DNA from: Lepidodermella squamata
Lineage: Eukaryota; Animalia; Gastrotricha
Assembly: GCA_047495785.1 (NCBI GenBank)
Contig: JBLDXI010000033.1
Coordinates: 1,612,001 to 1,676,000 of the forward strand
DNA: 64,000 nt
Reading direction: 5' to 3'
Shown: positions 12,868 to 21,674 of the stretch, piece by piece
Numbering within the stretch: position 1 is the first letter of the stretch
Layout: each line of letters starts with the position of its first letter
Position numbers and translations under genes: made by a program
The notes under the pieces: generated by a model
The model's input: the letters and a program-made list of their open reading frames with translations, nothing else
Databases searched by the model: none
Told to the model about the DNA's origin: nothing

Positions 12868-13452
12868 GATCAAATTCCTTAGCGATAATAATTAAATTGA
12901 ATGCTGCGGCGATAAAATGTGAAGAATTGAATCTCTGAACACTTTATTTTCAAATATGGGCCAATTATCAATTCCGATCATGACCAGACTTCATGCCGCG
13001 TCAATTTACGGCTGCCGACTTACAAAAAATCCCCGCGCGTTTCGAACAGAACGATGATTCATCCGAAATTCGTTAAGCTATTTCATTGCATTATGCAACC
13101 GCAAATTGATGCGTGACGAATATTTTGACGTTTGTCGAACAGAATTCCAGACAAATTTATAGCGAAATGGATGAACAGTTCGGACCAAATTCACTAGGTG
13201 TTGACTACAATACCACGAACGCAAAATTTCAGAGATATCGCAGGCACCTCGGTTTTCTAACCTTTTGTAATTTAAAACTGAAAATAAATTTCCCACTTTG
13301 TCAGCTCATTTATTTATTGTTATAGCGTAAAGTTGCTTAGTTTATAAGTCAATTGATGATTTCCCTGAATGCTCTACATGATTAGCTTGCGATATTTATG
13401 GTTAAATGGAAATGAAGCTGACTAGTGTTGCGTCCTTCGATTCATAGTGATT

Positions 13453-13688
13453 TTAATAGTTCGGTTGGCCGAAGTCATTGTCATAGTCGTTCCTGTAGAC
13501 CTGGCGACTACCAAAACTGCGACCATTGCTAATTCCCGGATTCCTCACAATGTTAACGCCAGGCGGAGGGCAGGCGGTGATCACTAGATAAAAACAATGA
13601 AGCAGTGAAGCTCTAATGAAATTAGCTTACCAGTAATGATCAACATCAGCACGAACATCGATAGGAACAAGGCGCCAAGCTTCTGCAT
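13453..13688 (-). CDS. Small secreted Cys-start peptide P7 (2 exons)
   Basis: MQKLGALFLSMFVLMLIIT|VITA-CPPPGVNIVRNPGISNGRSFGSRQVYRNDYDNDFGQPNY*; phase-1 G|GTAAGC...TCTAG intron; close paralog of P5. Confidence 0.82.
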
Positions 13689-14198
13689 CTTCGATAGGTT
13701 AAATTCTCTTATCTTATCCGAAGAAAAAAGACTCAATGACGATTTGAGAAACACTCAATGGCTTCATTTAGCATTGGAACTACAATCTCTATTCAGGTCA
13801 TGTTTTCTAATCCTTGTCTAAATCCATCTAAAAATTCCATGTCTAGCCAGAATACTCAGTGACGAGATCGGTTTACAAACCGAGACTCGATTAACATTAA
13901 ACATTTTGGGCTACGTTCGCCTAATACTGATTCAGCAAGTTGTTGTATGGAGTTCTGATGGGATCAGACCTGAAGAAGGCAATGAAACACGAAGGTTCTG
14001 GAATGTTCCGATAACTGTGCCTTATGAATGTAAAATGCTTGGTTAGTCGTTACTCGTCACTGTTCACGGTGCGATGAATTGAAATCCCCAGTTGAAAACT
14101 TGGATAGATCGAATAATAATGCGACTTGCGAACCATTTTCAAGTTTTATTAACAACTCCGATTTTAAGATAAAACACCTTCTTTGGGGGAACACTGAA

Positions 14199-14477
14199 TC
14201 ATGGGTATTGCATAGAAGGATCGTCGTAATCTGCCGTATTGGCAACTCTATTGTCAGTTCTGCGAAAAGCAGGCTGTCTCGTGTTTATCGTGTGTCCCAG
14301 CTTCCTGGAGACTTGAACCACAACATTTGACGGTGGAGGGGCTGAACATCCAGAGACTCCTAAAAATTATCACACATAATCAAGTTAACTACTTGATATT
14401 CTCTGAAATCACTCACCCGTGTCCGAAGTCAGCAAACCGAAGAGACAGATGAAAGAAACGGTGACGTGTGTAATCAT
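14199..14477 (-). CDS. Small secreted Cys-start peptide P8 (2 exons)
   Basis: MITHVTVSFICLFGLLTSDTG|VSG-CSAPPPSNVVVQVSRKLGHTINTRQPAFRRTDNRVANTADYDDPSMQYP*; phase-1 G|GTGAGT...TTTTTAG intron. Confidence 0.72.
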
Positions 14478-14636
14478 GCTTCGGATCCGCAATTTAACGA
14501 AATGTGGCGGTTCCTATCTGCTATTAGCAAATGATCCATTATGTATTCCAATCAGGTAATCCGATTGAGGTCTTTCCTCTATTCAGATATCGTAACAAAT
14601 TCCCCTATTTGTTCCTGTTTGACAGCTTCTTAAAAC

Positions 14637-15071
14637 ATGGAAATCAAGTCGGTTACGTTGAGCGTAATTGTCGCGGTATCGTTTGCCTTCATTGACTGTA
14701 AGATAATGCTATGTTTTAAATTCGGTCTGAATTTGAGGGTTTAAGATGCGTCGGCCTGTAAGACAAAATCAATGATTCACGGAGGAGGAGGAGAAGGACG
14801 TGGTCCTCGAAATATGCCAGTGTTTGACGACTCGCTGATTGCGGACAATGGGGGCTACGGCAGCCAGCCAACGGCCTTCGATCAAAGCCCCTATGGCCAG
14901 CAGCCTCCAAGCGTCTACGGTCAAAGGCCAAATTGGTTCTATCAACAGCCTTTTAATGGATATGGGCAACAACCTGCTGGTTTCGATAAACCTCCAAGCA
15001 ATTTTTACGGCGGCAATATCAGGCGCCCGCCCCCTCCGAGGAGAGCCATCAGCCGCTTCAACAACTACTAA
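14637..15071 (+). CDS. Small secreted Cys-start peptide P9 (2 coding exons), G/Y/Q/P-rich tail
   Basis: MEIKSVTLSVIVAVSFAFID|YASA-CKTKSMIHGGGGEGRGPRNM...YGQQP repeats...RFNNY*; phase-1 T|GTAAGA...TTAAG intron. Confidence 0.8.
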
Positions 15072-15406
15072 TTCAAATCATATATTACTATCCTTTTGGT
15101 GAGCAATAGATTGCTCCTTGCAGCTCGAGGTATCTTGAAAAGATCTTTCAAACAATAAAGCTCGATCTGAAGTGCTAGATTAATGCAATAATTTCCAAGC
15201 GATTTATTGAGCGCTGAAACGGCAGAAAACATTTTATATCGCAACGAACTGAGGATGCGAAGTTGAGTCATCGCGAATTGATTGAACGGAAATTAATTGC
15301 GCAAAATTTTATCTTTTTGTATTTTATTCTGCTGGTTAAATTCGTTATATCGGTGTAGAGATGGTACACTTTGAGCATGCGAATATGAATGCTTCGCAGT
15401 CAAGGT

Positions 15407-15679
15407 TCAATAAGCGTTTTCAAAAGCAAAATCTCTGACATTTCTCCGATTATCCTTGAGACCGCCGTCGTACCCCTCATCGCCAGAGAATGGCGCCCCA
15501 AAACTTCTTGCTTTCGGAGATTCGTTAGTTCCCGGATGGATCATGGTTTTAGATTTACACGCCTTGCTTACTAAATAGATAGGTAAGTTGTTGATCAAAT
15601 CGAACTCTGATAAGTAAAACTTGTTACCTTCGAAAACGGCTATCATAGCCAAGATCATACATAAAATTGGCCGCTTCAT
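15407..15679 (-). CDS. Small secreted Cys-start peptide P10 (2 exons)
   Basis: MKRPILCMILAMIAVFE|VSKA-CKSKTMIHPGTNESPKARSFGAPFSGDEGYDGG...FENAY*; phase-1 G|GTAACA...TTTAG intron. Confidence 0.8.
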   Translation of the reverse strand: MKRPILCMILAMIAVFEGNKFYLSEFDLINNLPIYLVSKACKSKTMIHPGTNESPKARSFGAPFSGDEGYDGGLKDNRRNVRDFAFENAY

Positions 15680-15874
15680 TAATCCTGAGAAGTTCTGCAA
15701 AAAGTATGATATGTTTAGTGCTGGGTGTGGAAACCAGATCGTACTGTCTGGGCAATTCGTGCCTGATTTGAATTCACAATTCAGGAGCGTGAGTCTGCAT
15801 TCTTCGCCAGTCATATTTTCAGCAGCATCGTCGGTTAAATCCTTATTTTCCTTGTATATTTAGCCCAGGTTGAA

Positions 15875-16151
15875 ATGATTCGTGCCATCCTATCGCTACT
15901 TTTCTTTATGGTCGCATCTACGTTGGTATTCCAAGGTAAAAAGATATTAGTTGTTCTTGGAAGTTTCATCCTTTCTACCTACCTTTCTAGGTGCCGACGC
16001 TTGTGCAACCAGAACAATGATTCACGCAGGCACGAGGAGTCTGTCTTCGGCGGGTTACCAAGACCAGTACTCAGCCGCATATCCCAAGCCAATAGCCGAA
16101 AACGGCCCCAGTGATCCACGGTTAATGAGAGATAACTACAACAGCTATTAA
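15875..16151 (+). CDS. Small secreted Cys-start peptide P11 (2 exons)
   Basis: MIRAILSLLFFMVASTLVFQG|ADA-CATRTMIHAGTRSLSSAGYQDQY...RDNYNSY*; phase-1 intron. Confidence 0.8.
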
Positions 16152-16546
16152 TCCTTATGCATGGTGTGAGAACAATCATCTTTTGATTTTCAGATTTGTC
16201 GGGGATTTTAATCATCTGAAATAAATCCTGATTGTCATTGAATGGAAGCGTTCTGCAATCGGTATTTGTTGGGAAGATTAGCTTCCTCGGCAACATTGAC
16301 TTCACAAGCCCCTATGGACAATTTCATAGCAAAAATTCAACTGAGTGCATTATTCAAAGTTTATTGCTAGAAGGTGAAATCAATTCACGGAAATATTAAG
16401 CTGGATTATAGAGTTTTTGCATATAGCACGGACATATCTGCCCATACCTGTGGGTCAGCAAGTTTTGAAAGCAGGATGAAGCTAAATCAGATAGACTACA
16501 AAAGCTATAATTGGTAATGTCCTAAAAGAAAATCATCCGAGACATT

Positions 16547-16987
16547 CTACTGGGCATTCGGACAGGCGCAGTAGCATCCTGGGCGGACGGTGTAGTCGGA
16601 TGAGCTGAACTCGATCGTTGTTTCGTTGGGCTTGAAGAAACCGGCGCCGTCGTGCTCTGGGCGGCCTTGAGGTCCGTTTCCTTGACCCTGCTGCTCACGC
16701 TGGTTGTTGCTACCGGCTTGCTGTTGGCGAGCACCCTGCTGCTGGTTATTGGCATTATTGGTCTCGTTGAACTTGGGCATATCGGCGCAATAGCACACGC
16801 ATTCTTCGTATCTCAGCCACTTTGGAGCCGGCATTTCGGGTCTAGGGGAAGAGGATGAGGCGTCGACCCCAGCTCGACCGCTAAAACCAGCAGACAGGCG
16901 GCCAGCTTGCACATTGCCCTGACCTCGGTTGTCAGCGAAAACGCAGGCAACAGCCAAAACAGCAGAAATGATCAAAAGGCGAGACAT
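16547..16987 (-). CDS. Single-exon secreted orphan protein with two C-x-C-x-C motifs separated by an N/Q-rich linker
   Basis: 146-aa ORF, signal MSRLLIISAVLAVACVFA, motifs ECVCYCA and GCYCACP. Confidence 0.75.
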   Translation of the reverse strand: MSRLLIISAVLAVACVFADNRGQGNVQAGRLSAGFSGRAGVDASSSSPRPEMPAPKWLRYEECVCYCADMPKFNETNNANNQQQGARQQQAGSNNQREQQGQGNGPQGRPEHDGAGFFKPNETTIEFSSSDYTVRPGCYCACPNAQ

Positions 16988-17766
16988 GCTTGAGGGTTTT
17001 AGATAGCTTTAATAGTTTAACGTAGAATTTTAATTGTTGCTTTGGTTCGATGATGTGGATGGGCTGAAATCTGCCGGTTATATAGGGAAATTTGTCTCGA
17101 TTAACCTGGCGCCTTCGCCAAGCATTTGTAATAAACACGCCCTCTTACCCACGTTTCTCTGCATTTTTTCTAAAGGCAAGTCGCAAGCATGACGTGTACA
17201 ACCTTTTTTCATGTAAAACGTTAGCAACAGTTATAGTTTCATCAATGAAGATTACCTGAAAAGCCGTATTAGTGTTCATCACGAAGGAGTTTATAATATA
17301 ATAAAATAACGTTTCCGGTATCTTTCGAGGTGTATAACCTCTAGGAAGAGTATAATTTCAAATAATTTGTGTTTCTTTTTCAGAGGAATGTATCTTTATT
17401 TGTCGAAAAAGTGCTATTTCATCCAACGCTGCCTCCAATCAAGTTTAGCCGATCGCCAATTTCGATGCAAATACGAAAAATCTGACGAATCCGATGATCT
17501 GTGCAAATCTTGCGATCAGGGCAGCCGACACCCTGATATTTGACAATGTCTGCTGTCAGAATATCGGACGCCAAGTGGATGAGCGAGAGCCAAGCAGACC
17601 TATCCTTTTGAAGCCATTTGATTTTAAATTCATGTATCAGGCATGAAGTTTAGTGGCGAGACTTGCGACCTGACATGAATGTTGATGATCCGTTTTCTGG
17701 GTCTTTAAAATCTCAAAAGTTATGTACTTATCGCATCAGTCATTTCATAAACTGTAAGCGCTCATA

Positions 17767-18046
17767 ATGATGGCTATGATAAAACTGTCCATTTGCCTGC
17801 TTGTCGCGGTGCTCGTTTTTGAAGGTAACAAACGATGAATAGTTCACAGTCGATAAGATGTCTCTTTTTGCAGGTTCATACGCATGTCCGCCGGCCGATC
17901 AAATGGTTCAAGGGGGTGCTAGATCCCTCGGATATAACCCGCCGGCTTACGAGCAGCAAGATTTTGTATTCAGGGGTCAAAGGCAAGAGGGTTACAGACC
18001 CCCGCCATACCGAAGACCATCCAGCAGTTTCAACGACTACGAATAA
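17767..18046 (+). CDS. Small secreted Cys-start peptide P12 (2 exons)
   Basis: MMAMIKLSICLLVAVLVFEG|SYA-CPPADQMVQGGARSLGYNPPAYEQQ...SFNDYE*; phase-1 G|GTAACA...TTTGCAG intron. Confidence 0.82.
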
Positions 18047-18427
18047 ACACGCTTATTCTATAACTAGTCCGTTAATTATGAATTCTGATTATAATGATGT
18101 CAAATTTGACGGATTTCTCAAATTGTGAATTGATTAATAGGAAAATACAATAATAGGAAAAGATGAATGCAATGCTTCCTGTTAGCAGATCGGGACCATG
18201 TTCACTTGAAAATTCTGACTTCAGGTCATAATCGATGCTGAATAGGCTGATCAAAAAAGCAAGTCCGCGTAAGTCCAGAGTATACATTTGCATGTTGAGG
18301 TTTCAAGATTTGAATGTTGGCGAGACATCCGAAAGAGTGAACATGCTTTGAATAACCTAGTTGGGTAACCCAGCTCTTGAAGCAAGAGAGTTGTTTTGAA
18401 TTTGTTTATTTCGATTTAAATTTCAAT

Positions 18428-18727
18428 ATGATTTGGATCGCAAGACTTCTTGTATTTTTGACCGCCTTCTTCTACATCCTCAGAGGTATCGCACAGAAAG
18501 GGGGTTATACATATCCTAACATGTCCTATTAATAAGGTTCAACAGCTTGCTTAATAAATAACTGGACGAGGCCCAATGAGCAGATGATACAAGGAGGCGC
18601 GAGGTCGATGGCGGGAAATGACGGACTGCCATCTAATGGACAGGAAGAGCTGAACGTTCCTTCAAGGTCGGGGATCAAACGCCAACGAGTCCGGGAATTT
18701 CCTGATAATTACAGATATTATGAATAA
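18428..18727 (+). CDS. Small secreted Cys-start peptide P13 (2 exons)
   Basis: MIWIARLLVFLTAFFYILRG|STA-CLINNWTRPNEQMIQGGARSMAG...FPDNYRYYE*; phase-1 intron; shares QM(I/V)QGGARS with P12. Not in the ORF track. Confidence 0.78.
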
Positions 18728-18828
18728 TAACCGTGGCTGTTAGTGAATTGTTCAGCTTATAACTGCTAGAGCTCACGAATAAAATCAAACAACAACGAGT
18801 TGACATTTTATTCTTCTGAAAACAATGG

Positions 18829-19985
18829 TTATAGAGAAAAAAATTTAAAACAAAGGTTTGATTCGAGGTCTGATAATTCTGGAACATTCTCTCCAACCGC
18901 TTGATTTCGCTTCTCCTCCAGCCTTTGCTGAAAGTATTGCTGAGCGACTTTTAACAGAAATGCCCCAAATATGAGCAGAGCGCCGGTCATACTAAACACC
19001 CCCGGTAGTTCTTGGACCATGAATACTTGCATTGTTATTTGAACAGCCAATTCCAAGCCGAATCGTAACCATGCATGCGATGTTTTCAGGCTCCGGGAGG
19101 CTAATTGCAATGCTTTGGTGTGAGTTAAAGTTATCAGGCCAACAACAAGAGTTTTCAGTCTAGTCGATATCGAACAAGGAGGCAATGGTGTCGCAGAAAC
19201 TGAACAATATATGATGGAGATCAGCGATGAGGTGAGTCCGACGTTGAAATTTATGCTTTCAATCGGCAACGGAGTCAGAGCTTTGGATGACACGAATACC
19301 GCGCACTAAAGACAGATAAATTGCATTTATTCAAAGTTTTATCGTTATTCATACCAGTCCTGCTATCGAAGCAATCGCATAAAATAAACCGGTTGAATCT
19401 GGCGGAGAGTACCCATCAGCTCGTTCAAATAAGAATGAAGGCTGAATGATGAAAAATAGTCCTAAAGGCAGCTTTTGAAAAATCATAGATAATGAATCAT
19501 TATTGCTCACCTAGTACCACTGGAATGCAGATCAAGTAATCTATAACTTTGGGGCGTTCCTTTCTCACGGAAGTTTTTATAAAGAAGGTGAGAAATGGGG
19601 TGACACATATAATAGTTGCTAAATCAGGAAGACGGAGCATTGTTACTGCCTGAAACATAGCGGCCGTACCCACCAAAGTAGCAAAGGACTGTAATATCAG
19701 AAAAGACCATTGGTGTCGCGAAAACCACAATTTAGGAGCATTTGTGGCTGTTGTCAGAGGGAGAGAGCAAAGCATGACGACGAGTTGATTTACTGTTACC
19801 AGGATAGATACAGACGGAGCCTCGGTATCATCATCATCCCCAGCTACCAGAGATTTAATGATGACTCGATTGCAGCATGTGAGAATCGACGAAATAGTCA
19901 ACGCCAGGAGTCCGAATCCCCAATACGTCGAGCCTTTTGATAAACACAGAATTACGACTGCGAAAAAATTATACTTCTCAGCCAT
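18829..19985 (-). CDS. EamA/DMT-family (SLC35G-like) multi-pass transporter, about 3 exons
   Basis: Hydrophobic ORFs 19500-19985 (A..ML.L.D..TI....PF...F......KER) and 18829-19293 (KALQLA...ELP...S.TGA.LI), joined by short introns. Confidence 0.7.
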
Positions 19986-20260
19986 TTTCCGAAGTTTCCT
20001 GAATTATCGCCGAATGCGGGTGAAATACAATAAAAGCGCACCGACGGCTTTCTCGTGCGTCACGACGGTTCATGTAAGAGGTTTACATTTCCGAGGAATC
20101 ATGTTTCAAGATACGTAAAATGGCATGAAATCAAGTGAAATAAAACCCCCGACTCGCTAATGAACGGAAAAACTGCCTCTTCACAGAAGACAGGAGCTCA
20201 AATCGAAGGGTGGAGATATTTTGGTAATTATATTGGGTGTTTTACTACTTTTGAACTGAT

Positions 20261-20881
20261 TCACACTCGTGACTTCTGCCTGGCATTGAGCCCTTCAAGG
20301 ATGTTTTTCAATAGCTTCATGGCATCATCCACTGTAGCGTTCAACTTCGCTGATTCGTCTTTCCTTTCAGGTTTGCCAGGAAATTTGAGCACTGATGGCC
20401 AATTATTGACGGGCCTTGCTGTAGTTTCGGAGGCTGTGCGAGGTTCATCCTTGTTGGGTGTGTGGATCCGCGAGGACTCGGATCCTGAAAAATTGTTATC
20501 TAAAATTAAGCTATACAGTTGTTTGACCATAGTTGTTCCTACCCTGCAGAAAACCCAGAGATTTCAGCAAATTTTGCAAAAGGCCCTTCAGCTCTTCAAA
20601 GGCTTTGTTTGCTTTAACTGGATCACTTCCCTCTTTCAACGAGCCGGGTATCGCCAAAATTGAGTTCCATGTTCCGTTCTTTTTCAGGTTGGGCATCGCC
20701 AAGGGTATCTTTTTAGATCCAGCATTTGCTAGCAAATCCGTCAGTTGAAACCCGCACTCTTGCGAATCTTAAAAATGAACGAAAAAAAACGTGCACAAAT
20801 TGTTCTGTCGGCAGCATTGTTAACCAAACCTCTCACAATCGCTACCACAATCAGAAGGAATACCAGGATTGTTTTGTTCAT
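20261..20881 (-). CDS. Secreted orphan protein (3 exons) with two internal repeats, each ending in an amphipathic helix
   Basis: MNKTILVFLLIVVAIVR|DSQECGFQ...WNSILAIPG...KAFEELKGLLQNLLKSLGFLQ|...WPSVLKFPG...DDAMKLLKNILEGLNARQKSRV*; phase-1 introns. Confidence 0.68.
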
Positions 20882-21674
20882 GACAGTATCAGTTCAAAAC
20901 TCAAAAGAACACATATTTCATCTCGAAGCCAGATCGACTTTTTTCGTGTTGAAAATTCATATTCAAATCACGAACAGGCTGCTTACAAGCCGGCATTAAG
21001 GATGCAATCGTCATCAGACAGTTGCATATCCAATACATCTCAGACAACTATTGTAATAGGCTGAAAGCTCGAGGCAAGCATGAACGAGGTCAAATCACCG
21101 CTCTTGACGCGTCTCAACTGGAAAGCTTTGAATAAGTAATTAGTATTCCAGAGTTATTTGGTTCCTAGCTCAATCCAACTAGCCACCGCATTAACCCATC
21201 GTAACCATCTGCTGGGAATTAGTCAGAAGAGTTAACACCATTAATTTCCCGAGATTAATATCAGAGGACATAGGAATGCTGTTGATTGAACTGAGGCAAT
21301 CCTATAGCAAAATTATATATCCTATTATTCTATGGAGGAGAAATCTTCAAACTTTCACATTTCAATTTGCGCAACTTGATGTAACGTGACTATCAATGCT
21401 GTCTTGGCGTCCGTTTCAGAGCGTGGTTAATATTATACTTAATCACGTTACCTTGAAAACTAAATCTTTTTGTTTCAAAAAGGACCACGCGTCTTGTGAA
21501 TGATTAGCCGTCCGCCATCCATGCACTGCACTTGCAGCGGAGTTGTTCGAATCCTCCGATTCATGAGGTGACACCTTACCAGGCTAATTTAAACGTCAAA
21601 ATTCGGATAGCAGCAGCTGTGCCCACTAGACAATTTTCTGATTCATAAACACTCTTAACTTCATTCGACAGAAT

